A stretch of 64,000 bases of DNA from the NCBI GenBank assembly GCA_963713825.1, contig CAVQNG010000003.1, positions 160,001 to 224,000 on the forward strand, written 5' to 3'. The notes under the pieces are model-generated. The model had not been told where the DNA came from and did no database searches. It worked only from the letters and a program-made list of their open reading frames with translations. This DNA is from an uncultured Acidobacteriota bacterium (GTDB taxonomy: Bacteria > Acidobacteriota > Thermoanaerobaculia > Multivoradales > JAHEKO01). Both the position numbers and the translations under genes were made by a program. Shown here piece after piece: positions 1-10,543 of the stretch (position 1 is the stretch's first letter; each line of letters begins with the position of its first letter).

Positions 1-2439
1 ACCACCGCTGGTGAAAACGACTCGGCGTGCGGTGCAGTTGAGGACCCGCGCCACCTTCCGTCGGGCGCCTTCGACGGCATCACGTCCCGCCGTTCCCCTG
101 CCATGAATGCTGGAAGGGTTGCCCCCCTGCTCCTGCAGGAACGGCAGCATGGCTGCCAACACTTCCGGATGCACATTCGAGGTCGCGTTGTTGTCCAAAT
201 AGACCTGCCTGGTAGGGCGGCTCTGTTTGGCGGCGCCCGAACTGGCGTCGGCCTCGCTCTCCTCGAAGACCGGCTCGATCCTCGGCCCACCGTCATCATC
301 GGCCCGCACCACCTCGCATAGCAGGGCTTTGTAGACCGGAAACCCACTGATCGGATCGTAGTTGGTCAGATCCGTCAGGTCGTTCACGTTGCAGTTTCTC
401 CAGGCCTCTGTCCCCAGAGGACCGCCGCCCCCCATGTTGGCCTCGATCGCCCCGGGCACAATGTCATCCGTCACCTGGGCCCGGTACTTCAAGCGACCAC
501 GGGAGGTCTCCAGATAGACCCAATCTCCAGAGGAGATGCTTCGGGACTTGGCATCGGCCGTGTTCAGCGTCACGACAGGCTCGGGCGCCTTGCGCTGGAG
601 TCCAGGCACTCCATGATGCTGGGATCGGAAGTCGGAAAAAATCCGCGCCCCGGAGTTGAACACGAGCGGATAGCGCTGCGCCAGGTCGGGTCGCGACAGC
701 GGGCCCTCCTTCGGCTCGGTGTAGACCGGCAGCGGATCGTAGCCATGCTCTTCGAGGATGCTCGAGGCGATCTCGAACTTGCCCGACGGCGTATCGAACC
801 CAGGCTGGCCGTCCTGGCGCAGTAGCCCTCGCTCCCACTTCTTGTACTGCGTCATCACGGTCGGACAACGCACTTCGCCATCATTGGCGCGGACCTCTTC
901 GAGAGTGAAACCAGAGCCTTCGAGGGCATACCGCAACCGCTCCTCGTCCCCTTGCGGGTACTTGTCACCGTAGCCGAGACGCGCTGCCAGGTCCGAGAGA
1001 ATATGGAAGTCGTCGCGGGCCTCCCCGACCGGTTCAACGAGCCTCTCGCGGATCTTGAACAGCGGCCCGTAAGTCATGTAGGAGCTGATCTCGTATCCCG
1101 TGGTGGCCGGCAGGACGATGTCGGCCCAGGCCGCATCAGCGGTGAAGTGTCGATCGATGGTGACCAGGAAGTCCAGGGCTCCCAGGGCTTCGCGCCAAAC
1201 AGAAGGATTGGGCCAGGCCGTAATGATCGAGCCGCCCAGGATCATCAGGGCGCGGATCTTGTACGGCTCACCATGCAGAATCGAGTCGGGCAGAGCGATG
1301 GCATGGGATTCGCCCCGATACATGCTGTAGACGGGAAAGCGATCCCGACCCAGGGCCTGACGGACGTCCGGGTTGGCGACCAGCCCCTGGCGGTTGATTG
1401 GGAATCGGTTCTCCTTCATGCGAAACAACAGCCCGCCGGGCACGTCGAGTTGTCCCGCTACACCCCAGAGAGTGAACACTGCCCGGATGGCCTGTACGCC
1501 GCTGTCCGCATACTCGAGTCCCGTGTACATGACCGGGGAGGCACCTCTCGCCTCGGCGATGCGCCTCGCTAGCTCCTCGATCTTGGCCGCGGGAATGCCG
1601 GTAATCTCTTCGACGGCTTCCGGCCGGAAGTGTTGAATGTAATCGACGAGGGGCTCCCAACCGACGGTCCAGTTCTGGACGAACTCCTCGTCGTAAAGCT
1701 CTTCCTCCACCAGGACATTGATCAAACCCAGCGCCAGGGCGCCGTCGGTGCCGGGACGGATGGGAATCCACTCGGCTCCAGCCTCGCGAGCCGTCTCGGT
1801 TCGACGGGGATCGATAACCACGACCTCGGCGCCACGCTGCCGCGCCCGTTGGATCTGCTCGTGGGCCAACGGCGGTGAGTCGGTAGCCGGGTTGGCTCCC
1901 CAGACCACAATGAGCTGGGCCTGGTCGATGTCGAAGTCCATCGTGTGGTACATCTCGCCCATGGTGGTGTGGGGCGCGATCATCGCGAAGGAGACGTAGC
2001 ACAAGGCGCCAACACCGAGGGTGTTTGGCGAGCCAAACGGGAAGAGGACGCTGGAGGCCGACGATATAGCCACTCCGGCGGGTTGGAAGATGTCGCAGAG
2101 GGAGAGCTCGAAACTGCCGCGCCCGGTATAGATCGCAGTCGCCTCCGCGCCCGACTCGGTCTTGATCGTCTGCAGACGCTCGGCGATGGTCTCCATCGCC
2201 TCGTCCCAGGAGATGCGCTCGAACTCGTAGGTCCCCTTGGGACCGACTCGCTTCAGTGGATGCTGCAGGCGCTGCGGATCATGCACGATCTCCGGTGAGT
2301 GAACGCCGTTCGTACAGATCATGCCCAACGGATGGTCGGGCAGGGGCTCGACCTGCCGCAGCTGGCCATTCTCGAGGGTGGCCCGGACCCAGCAACCGGC
2401 CGGGCAGATGCCGCAAAGGCCATCTTTCTCTTCGATCAA
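1..2439 (-). CDS. Molybdopterin(bis-MGD)/[4Fe-4S] oxidoreductase fused to an IscS/NifS-type cysteine desulfurase; metallopterin-dependent ergothioneine synthase (MES)-like; 3' end lies outside the window
   Basis: Hand-translated; absent from the ORF track because there is no stop in the window. TTG start at 2439 overlaps the egtD stop. N-terminus MIEEKDGLCGICPAGC...MIC (4Fe-4S), then ERISWDEA, IPIRPGTDGALAL and YDPISGFPVYKALLC. The same frame continues into VYLDNNATS...GNPSSIH...VVFTSGG (cysteine desulfurase N-terminus) at nt ~1-210. Confidence 0.88.
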   Translation of the reverse strand, partial: MIEEKDGLCGICPAGCWVRATLENGQLRQVEPLPDHPLGMICTNGVHSPEIVHDPQRLQHPLKRVGPKGTYEFERISWDEAMETIAERLQTIKTESGAEATAIYTGRGSFELSLCDIFQPAGVAISSASSVLFPFGSPNTLGVGALCYVSFAMIAPHTTMGEMYHTMDFDIDQAQLIVVWGANPATDSPPLAHEQIQRARQRGAEVVVIDPRRTETAREAGAEWIPIRPGTDGALALGLINVLVEEELYDEEFVQNWTVGWEPLVDYIQHFRPEAVEEITGIPAAKIEELARRIAEARGASPVMYTGLEYADSGVQAIRAVFTLWGVAGQLDVPGGLLFRMKENRFPINRQGLVANPDVRQALGRDRFPVYSMYRGESHAIALPDSILHGEPYKIRALMILGGSIITAWPNPSVWREALGALDFLVTIDRHFTADAAWADIVLPATTGYEISSYMTYGPLFKIRERLVEPVGEARDDFHILSDLAARLGYGDKYPQGDEERLRYALEGSGFTLEEVRANDGEVRCPTVMTQYKKWERGLLRQDGQPGFDTPSGKFEIASSILEEHGYDPLPVYTEPKEGPLSRPDLAQRYPLVFNSGARIFSDFRSQHHGVPGLQRKAPEPVVTLNTADAKSRSISSGDWVYLETSRGRLKYRAQVTDDIVPGAIEANMGGGGPLGTEAWRNCNVNDLTDLTNYDPISGFPVYKALLCEVVRADDDGGPRIEPVFEESEADASSGAAKQSRPTRQVYLDNNATSNVHPEVLAAMLPFLQEQGGNPSSIHGRGTAGRDAVEGARRKVARVLNCTARRVVFTSGG

Positions 2440-3443
2440 CTTGCCGTGCCCCTCTTCTCCAGAAGGGCTAGAGCAAAGGCCTCTTCCGCGTCGGTGTACC
2501 ACTCCGCGATGTGCAGCCCCGCCGAGCGCACCATGGCCTCGGCACTGACGCGGTCGAACTTGCGACAGATCTCGGTGCGGATGGTCTCTCCTTGGTCCAT
2601 CGTGAATCTCAGCCCGAGGTCTTCGATGACGACTTCCATGGCGCTCCCTGCCGCCAGGTGCATCTCGATTTGCGCCTCGTCAGGATTGAAGAAGGCCCGA
2701 TGCTCGAACGCGTCAGCGTCGAAATTGGCACCCATCGAGGCGTTCAACGCCGACAGGATGTTCCTGTTGAAAGCCGCCGTTACACCGGCAGCATCGTTGT
2801 AGGCACTCTCCAGAGTGGTTATGTCCTTCAGGGTATCCAATCCGAGAAGAAACCGGTCGTCGTCGTCCATCAGCAACGCGACGCTCGACAGAAACTCCGA
2901 CGCCTCGGCGTCATCGAGGTTGCCAATGGTGCTTCCCAGAAAGAGGAAAAGCTTTCTACGTGAATGGTCCAGGCGATCGAGCGGGTGGTGGAAGTCGGTC
3001 ACCAGCCCCATGATGGTGAGATTCGGATAGAGCTCCAGTAGGTGCTCCGCCGCCTCGATCAGCGCGGTCTCGCTGATATCCACGGGGACATAGCGGATTT
3101 GCGGCCGCTGCTCCTCATCGACGGCATCCAGAAGGGCTCGGATCTTCTGATTGGCACCCGAGCCGAGCTCGATCAGATCCCCGCCGGCGAAGCCGGCCAT
3201 GATCTGGGGACCGAATCGCTCCAACAGGGCGAGCTCGGTGCGGGTCTGGTAGTACTCCGGTAGCTCACAGATCTGCTCGAAGAGCTTCGAGCCCTGGGCG
3301 TCGTAGAAGAACTTGCTGGGCAGGGTCCTGGGGGGTGCGGTGAGCCCAGACTCCACCTCCTGGGCCGCACCGTCCCCCTCGTGGCCTGTCAGGGCCGAGA
3401 AGACCCTCAGCCGATTGCAGTCGCTCTCGAATATGACCGTCAT
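2436..3443 (-). CDS. egtD: L-histidine N-alpha-methyltransferase (EgtD/EanA family)
   Basis: LPSKFFYD..GSKLFEQICELPEYY.TRTE, IELGSG, FLGSTIGN, AYND and TEI.RKF motifs. Confidence 0.93.
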   Translation of the reverse strand: MTVIFESDCNRLRVFSALTGHEGDGAAQEVESGLTAPPRTLPSKFFYDAQGSKLFEQICELPEYYQTRTELALLERFGPQIMAGFAGGDLIELGSGANQKIRALLDAVDEEQRPQIRYVPVDISETALIEAAEHLLELYPNLTIMGLVTDFHHPLDRLDHSRRKLFLFLGSTIGNLDDAEASEFLSSVALLMDDDDRFLLGLDTLKDITTLESAYNDAAGVTAAFNRNILSALNASMGANFDADAFEHRAFFNPDEAQIEMHLAAGSAMEVVIEDLGLRFTMDQGETIRTEICRKFDRVSAEAMVRSAGLHIAEWYTDAEEAFALALLEKRGTAS

Positions 3444-3506
3444 CTACAGCTGCCAACGGTACCAGACGATGGTGAAAGCAACGTGAGCTCCTGTCGACAG
3501 CTGCGC

Positions 3507-6113
3507 TCAGGCTGGCGCTTCGGTAGCCACTTCTGTCCGTACCGCTGAGAAGGTGAGCTCGCCGTCGGCGACATCGACCTGGATCGTGTCCCCTGGCCCG
3601 AAGGTCCCATCCAGGATCTTCTGCGCCAGCGGATTCTCCAGGTATTGCTGCAAGGCGCGCTTCAAGGGCCTGGCGCCATAGACAGGGTCGTAGCCCACGT
3701 TGCCCAGGAAATCCAGCGCCTCGGTCGTCACCTCCAGACCCAAACCGACGGCCTCGAGCCGCTCCCCGATGATGCCTACCTGAAGCTCCGCGATCTTGCG
3801 GATCTGGTCCCTCTGCAACGGATGGAAGACGATGATGTCATCGACCCGATTGAGAAACTCGGGCCGGAAGTGCTCACCCAGAATCTCCATCACCGCAGCC
3901 TTCATCTCGTCGTAGTTCTCCTCGCCCGCCATCTCCTGGATGACGTGCGAACCGAGATTCGAGGTCATGACGATGATCGTGTTGCGGAAGTCCACCGTGC
4001 GGCCCTGGCCATCCGTCAGGCGTCCGTCATCGAGCACCTGCAACAGCACGTTGAAGACCTCCGGATGGGCCTTCTCGATCTCGTCGAGCAGGATCACCGA
4101 GTAGGGTCTGCGGCGCACCGCTTCCGTCAGGTACCCACCCTCTTCATAGCCCACGTAGCCTGGCGGGGCACCGATCAGACGGGCCACCGAGTGCTTCTCC
4201 ATGAACTCCGACATGTCGATGCGGATCAGGGCGTCCTCGGTATCGAAGAGGGAGACCGCCAGCGCTTTGCAGAGCTCCGTCTTGCCGACTCCGGTCGGAC
4301 CGAGGAAGAGGAACGATCCGTTCGGGCGGTTGGGATCCGACAGTCCGGCTCGAGAACGTCGAATGGCGTTGCTGACGGCCTTGACCGCTTCTTCCTGCCC
4401 GATCACCCTCTCGCCGAGCTCGTCCTCGAGATGCAAGAGTCGCTCTCGCTCCCCTTCCAGCATCTTGGAGACCGGAATTCCGGTCCACCGGGAGACGACT
4501 TCGGCCACCTCTTCCTCGGTGACCTTGTTGCGGACCAGCGTCATCTCTTCCTGCTCGGCCTGTGAGGCCGCCGCCAGTTGCTGTTCGAGCTCCGGGATCC
4601 GGCCATACTGCAGCTCTGAGGCGCGGGCGAGATCTCCCGCTCTCTCTGCCGTCTCCAGCTCGTAACGTGCCCGCTCGAGCTCTTCCTTGACCTGAGCTGT
4701 CCCTTCCAGCGTCGCCTTCTCCGCCTTCCACACCTCCTCCAGGTCGGCGAACTGCCTCTCGAGGATCTTGATCTCCTCCTCCAGGTCCTTCAGGCGCTGC
4801 TTCGAGGCCTTGTCCTTTTCCTTCTTCAGCGCCTCACGCTGAATCTTGAGCTGAATCAGTCGCCGCTCGAGTTGGTCCAACTCTTCTGGCTTGGAGTCGA
4901 TTTCCATACGGATGCGCGACGCCGACTCATCGATGAGATCGATGGCCTTGTCCGGCAGCTGTCGATCTGAGATATACCGCTGCGACAGGGTCGCGGCCGC
5001 CACGATCGCCGGATCTGTGATCTCGACTCCGTGGTGGACTTCGTAGCGCTCCTTCAAGCCCCGCAGGATGGCAATCGTGTCCTCGACCGACGGCTCCTCG
5101 ACGAGGACCTTCTGCAGGCGCCGCTCGAGAGCCGCATCCTTCTCGATGTTCTTGCGGTACTCGTCCAGCGTCGTGGCACCGATGGCGTGGAGCTCGCCCC
5201 GCGCCAGGGCCGGTTTCAGCATATTGCTGGCGTCCATCGCTCCCTCGGCCTTGCCGGCGCCCACCATGGTGTGAATCTCGTCGATGAACAGAATCACCTG
5301 GCCCTCCTGCTTCGCCAGGTCGTTGAGCACCGCCTTCAGCCGCTCCTCGAACTCGCCGCGGAACTTGGCACCCGCGATCAGCGCTCCCATGTCCAGCGAC
5401 AGGACGCGCTTGCCTTTCAGGCCTTCGGGCACCTCGTCGTTGACGATCCTCTGGGCCAGGCCCTCGACGATTGCCGTCTTGCCGACCCCAGCCTCACCGA
5501 TGAGCACGGGATTGTTCTTCGTGCGCCGCTGCAGGACCTGGATCGCTCGGCGGATCTCGTTGTCACGCCCGATGACCGGATCGAGCTTGCCCTGCTCGGC
5601 TCGCTCGGTCAGATCGACGGTGAAGCGCTCGAGCGCCTGCCGTTGCTCCTCGGCATCGGCATTGTCGACCTGCTGCCCACCCCGCACTCGATCGATCGTC
5701 TGTTCCAGAGCCGCCTCGGTGCCACCCGCTTTGCGCAGCATCTCACCCAGCGGCCCCTTGTCCTGAGCGGCCGCCAGCAGAAACAACTCGCTCGAGATGA
5801 ACTGGTCGCTGCGCTGCTGAGCCAGCTTGTCCGTTACATTGAGTAGCCGGGTCAGATCGGGTGATATCAGCACGTCGCCTGCTGTACCCTCGACTCGCGG
5901 CAATCGGTCGAGTGCTTCCATCAGGCTGACGCGTAGCTGGTCGACGTTGACACCAGCCTGCGCCAGAATCGGCAAAGCCGTGCTCCCGTCCTGATCCAGC
6001 AACGCCCCCATCACATGCGCCGGCTCGACATACTGATGATCCCTGCCCACAGCGAGGCTCTGGGCATCCGCCAGCGCCTGCTGGAATTTCGTTGTCAGCT
6101 TGTCCATTCGCAT
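3507..6113 (-). CDS. clpB: ATP-dependent disaggregase ClpB
   Basis: 868 aa; two AAA+ modules ([16 protein letters not shown]), coiled-coil M domain, [12 protein letters not shown]. Confidence 0.98.
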   Translation of the reverse strand: MRMDKLTTKFQQALADAQSLAVGRDHQYVEPAHVMGALLDQDGSTALPILAQAGVNVDQLRVSLMEALDRLPRVEGTAGDVLISPDLTRLLNVTDKLAQQRSDQFISSELFLLAAAQDKGPLGEMLRKAGGTEAALEQTIDRVRGGQQVDNADAEEQRQALERFTVDLTERAEQGKLDPVIGRDNEIRRAIQVLQRRTKNNPVLIGEAGVGKTAIVEGLAQRIVNDEVPEGLKGKRVLSLDMGALIAGAKFRGEFEERLKAVLNDLAKQEGQVILFIDEIHTMVGAGKAEGAMDASNMLKPALARGELHAIGATTLDEYRKNIEKDAALERRLQKVLVEEPSVEDTIAILRGLKERYEVHHGVEITDPAIVAAATLSQRYISDRQLPDKAIDLIDESASRIRMEIDSKPEELDQLERRLIQLKIQREALKKEKDKASKQRLKDLEEEIKILERQFADLEEVWKAEKATLEGTAQVKEELERARYELETAERAGDLARASELQYGRIPELEQQLAAASQAEQEEMTLVRNKVTEEEVAEVVSRWTGIPVSKMLEGERERLLHLEDELGERVIGQEEAVKAVSNAIRRSRAGLSDPNRPNGSFLFLGPTGVGKTELCKALAVSLFDTEDALIRIDMSEFMEKHSVARLIGAPPGYVGYEEGGYLTEAVRRRPYSVILLDEIEKAHPEVFNVLLQVLDDGRLTDGQGRTVDFRNTIIVMTSNLGSHVIQEMAGEENYDEMKAAVMEILGEHFRPEFLNRVDDIIVFHPLQRDQIRKIAELQVGIIGERLEAVGLGLEVTTEALDFLGNVGYDPVYGARPLKRALQQYLENPLAQKILDGTFGPGDTIQVDVADGELTFSAVRTEVATEAPA

Positions 6114-6168
6114 AGCTATTCCCCCTTCGCTTCGCGAAGTCTACGCCTGCCGAATTATCAGGGCCACT

Positions 6169-6615
6169 TCAAGCCGCGTGAGCCCGAACCCACTGCTCGA
6201 TCTGGGGCTGACTCATGGCGCCAGGCTGGCGAGCGACTTCCCGACCCTGCTTGAACACCACGAGGGTCGGAATGCTCTGAATGCCGAAGCGGGAAGCCAC
6301 CTGTGGTGCCTCCTCGGTATTCAACTTGGCCAGGACCACCGCGGGCTCGAGCTGCCCTGCAGCCTCCTCATAGGCGGGTGCCATCATTTTGCACGGACCG
6401 CACCATGAGGCCCAGAAATCCACGACAACGGGCACGTCGCTGCGCCCGATGAAGCGGTCGAATGTCGACTCATCCAGGCGAATCGGGCTGCCGGAGAAAA
6501 GCGGTTGCTTGCAACTTCCACAGCGGGGCCCGTCGCCGAGTCGCTCTGCAGCGATTCGGTTCACCTTCGCACAGTTCGGACAGACCAGATGTTTCGATTC
6601 AGTCATGATTCTCAC
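6169..6615 (-). CDS. trxC: Thioredoxin 2 with N-terminal zinc finger (start may be ATG 6606)
   Basis: CPNC...CGSC zinc finger; WCGPC active site. Confidence 0.94.
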   Translation of the reverse strand: MRIMTESKHLVCPNCAKVNRIAAERLGDGPRCGSCKQPLFSGSPIRLDESTFDRFIGRSDVPVVVDFWASWCGPCKMMAPAYEEAAGQLEPAVVLAKLNTEEAPQVASRFGIQSIPTLVVFKQGREVARQPGAMSQPQIEQWVRAHAA

Positions 6616-6834
6616 TTATCGTTGTCATTTCGTCTCAAAATCTGCCAATGCGGTACTCACCCTTGATATTCAACATTTTGAATCGCCAATTTAATCCCCG
6701 ATCGGGCTGCTTGACCAACTTTTCTCGACAGCCTGTGCTAGTCTTCGCCTCCCTTGAAGCCGGTACTGCTCGCCGGACCTTCATTACAGGTACTATTTCG
6801 ATCAAAGACCGCGCTCCAGGCGCAAGGGTGAACC

Positions 6835-8640
6835 ATGTCCATGCAGGAAAGAGAGAACCTTCGAAACCTAGCCATTATTGCCCACGTTGATCACGGCAAG
6901 ACGACCCTGGTCGACGCCATGCTCTGGCAGAGCGGCATCTTCGGGGCCCATCATGAGGTACTCGATCGGGTGATGGACTCCATCGACCTGGAACGGGAGA
7001 AGGGCATCACCATCATGGCCAAGAACACGGCCATCGAGTACCAGGGTATCCGCATCAACATTGTCGATACGCCGGGGCACGCCGATTTCGGAGGCGAGGT
7101 CGAACGAACCTTGAAGCTCGTCGATGGAGTGTTGCTGCTCGTAGACGCCTCGGAAGGTCCGCTGCCACAGACCCGCTTCGTGCTCCGCAAGGCTCTCGAC
7201 TCCAAACTGAAGCCGATCGTCGTCATCAACAAGATCGACCGGCCGGATGCTCGCTCCCAGGAAGTCTTGAACGAGATCTACGACCTCTTCATCGACCTCG
7301 ATGCGACCGAAGAGCAACTCGACTTCCCGGTTCTTTACTGCATCGCCAAAGACGGCATCGCCAGCCTCGAGTCCGAGTTCGACGATGGCGACTTACGGCC
7401 GCTCTTCGAGCAGATCCTCGAGACCATTCCCGCGCCCCGATACGATCCCGATACAGCGCTCCAGTTCCTGATCACCTCGCTAGACCACGACGACTACGTC
7501 GGTCGCCTCGCGATCGGTCGAGTCTTCAACGGTCGGGTGAGGAAGGCCCAGGACGTGACCCGCTGCCTGTTGGACGGCTCGACACAGACAGTGAAGGTGA
7601 CGCAACTCTACGGCTACAACGGTCTCGACCGCGTGCCGATCGAAGAGGCGGGTCCGGGGGACATTGTGGCCATCGCTGGCCTGGATGAACTGGCCATCGG
7701 AGAGACTCTTGCAGACCTGGAGAAGCCGCAAGCCCTGCCGCCGATTCTGGTCGATGAGCCGACGCTCGAGATGGTCTTCTCGACCAACACCTCACCCATG
7801 GCCGGCAAAGAGGGGACCCACGTCACCTCGAACAAGCTGCGCGAGCGACTAGTCAAGGAGACCTTGACCAATGTCGCCATCCGACTTGAAGAGACTCCGG
7901 GCAGTGACGCCTTGAAGATCGCCGGTAGAGGTGAGCTCCAGCTCGCAATCCTCATCGAGATGATGCGGCGCGAAGGGTACGAGTTCTCAGTCGGCAAGCC
8001 TCAGGTCATCGTCCACCAGGGTCCCGAAGGCCCCGAAGAGCCCATGGAGCTTCTGACCGTCGACTGTCCCGAAGAGTTCGTCGGTGCGGTCACCCAGAAG
8101 CTGGGCCCCCGCAAAGGTCGAATGCTGCAGATGATCAATCACGGCACCGGCCGAGTGCGGATGGAGTTTCGGATTCCAGCCCGTGGCTTGATCGGCTTCC
8201 GCACGGAGTTTTTGACCGAGACCCGCGGTACCGGAATCATGAACCACATCTTCGACTCGTTTGGACCTTGGCAGGGGGAGATCCCGCACCGCATCACCGG
8301 CGCGCTGGTCGCCGATCGGGAAGGCAGAGTCACGGCATTCGCCATCGACCACCTGCAGCCGAGGGGGATCTTCTTCGTGGCCCCGGGCGACAGGGTGTAC
8401 GAGGGCATGATCATCGGCGAGAACTCCCGCCCTGGAGATCTCGACCTCAACATCACCAAGGAAAAGAAGCTCACCAACATGCGCGCCGCCTCGGCCGATG
8501 AGCTGGTCCGACTGGTACCGCCGATGATCTTGAGTCTGGAGCAGGCTCTCGAGTTTCTAGCCGAGGACGAACAGCTCGAGGTTACGCCCGTGTCCTTCCG
8601 CCTGCGCAAGCGCGCGCTCAAGGCCAATCAACGCAAGTAG
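6835..8640 (+). CDS. typA: Translational GTPase TypA/BipA
   Basis: [45 protein letters not shown]. Confidence 0.97.
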   Translation: MSMQERENLRNLAIIAHVDHGKTTLVDAMLWQSGIFGAHHEVLDRVMDSIDLEREKGITIMAKNTAIEYQGIRINIVDTPGHADFGGEVERTLKLVDGVLLLVDASEGPLPQTRFVLRKALDSKLKPIVVINKIDRPDARSQEVLNEIYDLFIDLDATEEQLDFPVLYCIAKDGIASLESEFDDGDLRPLFEQILETIPAPRYDPDTALQFLITSLDHDDYVGRLAIGRVFNGRVRKAQDVTRCLLDGSTQTVKVTQLYGYNGLDRVPIEEAGPGDIVAIAGLDELAIGETLADLEKPQALPPILVDEPTLEMVFSTNTSPMAGKEGTHVTSNKLRERLVKETLTNVAIRLEETPGSDALKIAGRGELQLAILIEMMRREGYEFSVGKPQVIVHQGPEGPEEPMELLTVDCPEEFVGAVTQKLGPRKGRMLQMINHGTGRVRMEFRIPARGLIGFRTEFLTETRGTGIMNHIFDSFGPWQGEIPHRITGALVADREGRVTAFAIDHLQPRGIFFVAPGDRVYEGMIIGENSRPGDLDLNITKEKKLTNMRAASADELVRLVPPMILSLEQALEFLAEDEQLEVTPVSFRLRKRALKANQRK

Positions 8641-8647
8641 CAGAGAG

Positions 8648-9206
8648 GGGTGAGGCGTCCGGTCGTACCTCCCGGCTGGTCTTTGAGGGCTTGGGGGTTG
8701 AGGAGTCCGTCGTCCCTCCGGCCTATCTTTGCGGTCCTGGACCGATGGTCATCCTCTTTTTAGAGGCCCGTCCGAGTGGTCCGCAGGGGGGCGGCGTCGA
8801 CTACTCAGACTGCGACGGGGGGCCGCCGCCTTGTCTCGTCATCGCGCCCCATCTGTCTTGCTCATTGATGGTCCTTGCGCTGCGCTCGACTCGGCACCCC
8901 CTGTCGAACCACCCGAACGAACCTCTGGCACCGACGGTGCCAGATCGGCTAAGGGGTCTTCTGAGGCGGAGGGGCATGGTCGGGTGAGGCCGCAGACTCA
9001 GGAGACCCCTTGGTCGGTCCTCGTCTTGGAACGGTGCAAGGCCTCGTCAATGCCTCTCCACTTGATGAGGGTTCAGCGTGGGGACACCTCCAGGGGGTTG
9101 GTTGCTGTGGAAGGGAGGAGAACCTCCTGGGGGCGCTGCGTCGGACCCCTAGACAACGGCCAGGTGTCCTTGGACCAGCGCCTGCGCACCACCCGGGCGG
9201 ACCTCA
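8648..9206. repeat. Composite intergenic repeat element, copy A (modules shared with 34.4-34.9, 55.8-55.9 and 59.76-59.9 kb)
   Basis: 8821-8933 matches 34568-34680 closely. 8967-9010 matches 34786-34830 and 59850-59893. 8651-8705 matches the reverse complement of 34890-34943. Internal inverted arms at ~8763-8790 and ~8895-8925. Confidence 0.85.
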
Positions 9207-9219
9207 ATACGACAGCGGC

Positions 9220-10332
9220 TCAACGATCTTCAGTGGAATCAACAGAGCCTTCTAGCAGGACCCGCTCGTGCAGTGCGTCGAGGAGCACGACCGTCGCGTC
9301 GAAGTTCTGCTGGATCTCTCCGTGGGTCTCCTGAGAGATCCCCCTGTAGGGCCTGGCGATCAGGGACACCTTTTGATTCAGCACTCGCAGAGTCATGTCG
9401 GTGTAGCTCGGTGCCCAGAGATTCTTGGGGAAGCGGGTCGGGGCGTACTCAGCCAACTTCCAAGCAAGCTCTGCCACTTCACCGCCAGTCAACTCCAACT
9501 CGATCGGCTTCGAGTAGCCATCGACCGAGTCGCGAAGTCTGGTACTGGCCATGACTCCCTCCACATCCAGGATGAACTCGGACGCGGCTTGCCCACCCGC
9601 ACCATCATTCATCCTCTGAAAGTGGATCCCGAGCGTCACGGGGTCGAGCTCACCCGAAGCGACCTTCTCCAACCCCTCCTCCAGGCTCTCAGCGCCAATC
9701 CCTGTCGCTGCCGGTTCCTCGCAGGAATCGAGCAGGCTGTTCACCAGTTGCGCAAACGACTCGGACTGCACCCCTCGGTTGATCTGAAGCACCTCTTTCT
9801 CGGCACCTGCCACCGAGACTCTCAGAGAGCAGACCACGGAGCGGGCACTGTCCGCCTGCATCCGATCCGGCTCCGGAGAGCCACCGTAGCGGCCGGGTAG
9901 CGAAGCGTAGTCTGCAACCAGGAGTTGCTGCAGCAGACCCGCAATCTCTGACTCGGTCAACTGGAACTGCAGCTCGCCGCCCCAAATGGCCACCCCGGGC
10001 TCGAAGATCTCCACCGACCTGTACTCCGAGCCACCTCGGCAGCCAGCCTGCAGATAGAAGCCGCCGCGCGCTCCGGGATCGGCCGCGGCTCTCTCCAAGC
10101 CGGCACCGAATCGAGCTGTGGTCTCGGAGTCCACGGCGCCGTCTGCCGACGCACCGCTCTGGCTGGAGGTGGGGTCTTCCTGCCTGATGTTGGGGCTTTC
10201 ACCACACGCGATCTGCAGCAGTACTGCAAGGAGAGCGAGAACCCAACCAACCTCGAGGCTCTTCGCCTTGTTCTGGAGTCGAGCCACAGTCTCGGTTTCG
10301 ATCATAGGGCCAGGAATATAGCAGCGCGGCAT
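9220..10332 (-). CDS. Hypothetical lipoprotein (start uncertain, possibly MIETET...)
   Basis: Long ORF with coding-like composition; hydrophobic stretch WVLALLAVLLQIA followed by C (lipobox-like) and a low-complexity linker. Confidence 0.7.
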   Translation of the reverse strand: MPRCYIPGPMIETETVARLQNKAKSLEVGWVLALLAVLLQIACGESPNIRQEDPTSSQSGASADGAVDSETTARFGAGLERAAADPGARGGFYLQAGCRGGSEYRSVEIFEPGVAIWGGELQFQLTESEIAGLLQQLLVADYASLPGRYGGSPEPDRMQADSARSVVCSLRVSVAGAEKEVLQINRGVQSESFAQLVNSLLDSCEEPAATGIGAESLEEGLEKVASGELDPVTLGIHFQRMNDGAGGQAASEFILDVEGVMASTRLRDSVDGYSKPIELELTGGEVAELAWKLAEYAPTRFPKNLWAPSYTDMTLRVLNQKVSLIARPYRGISQETHGEIQQNFDATVVLLDALHERVLLEGSVDSTEDR

Positions 10333-10543
10333 GTGCGGGGCGCAGCGCGAGGCATCATTGACGGCCCTGTTGCGTTTTCATTTGCTCAGATCCGGCCTGG
10401 TTCTGTAGGATGACACCAACTTGTCTCCCTAGACCTGCCGGGGGTTTGCCTGGTTGTCTCGATGCAACGGGAGACCCCCCGGCGAGTGGCTCACGGGTAC
10501 CACTGCGCCACGTGGCAGTCCGACGTTCGAACAGGAGGTACTC

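Noticed and set aside
6616-6834. CIRCE or sigma32 heat-shock element upstream of trxC-clpB
   Set aside because: The region is AT-richer and probably holds divergent promoters, but there is no convincing consensus match.
8648-9206. CRISPR array
   Set aside because: The repeats are not regularly spaced direct repeats with unique spacers, and there are no cas genes.
8691-9334. Short ORFs across the intergenic repeats (also 34183-34922 and 59701-60132)
   Set aside because: Their shared peptide snippets come from the non-coding repeat, and the frames are not conserved between copies.
10420-10520. Riboswitch in the structured leader of the first WGDY gene
   Set aside because: A GC-rich hairpin is possible, but I could not match any known aptamer consensus by eye; it needs an Infernal/Rfam search.
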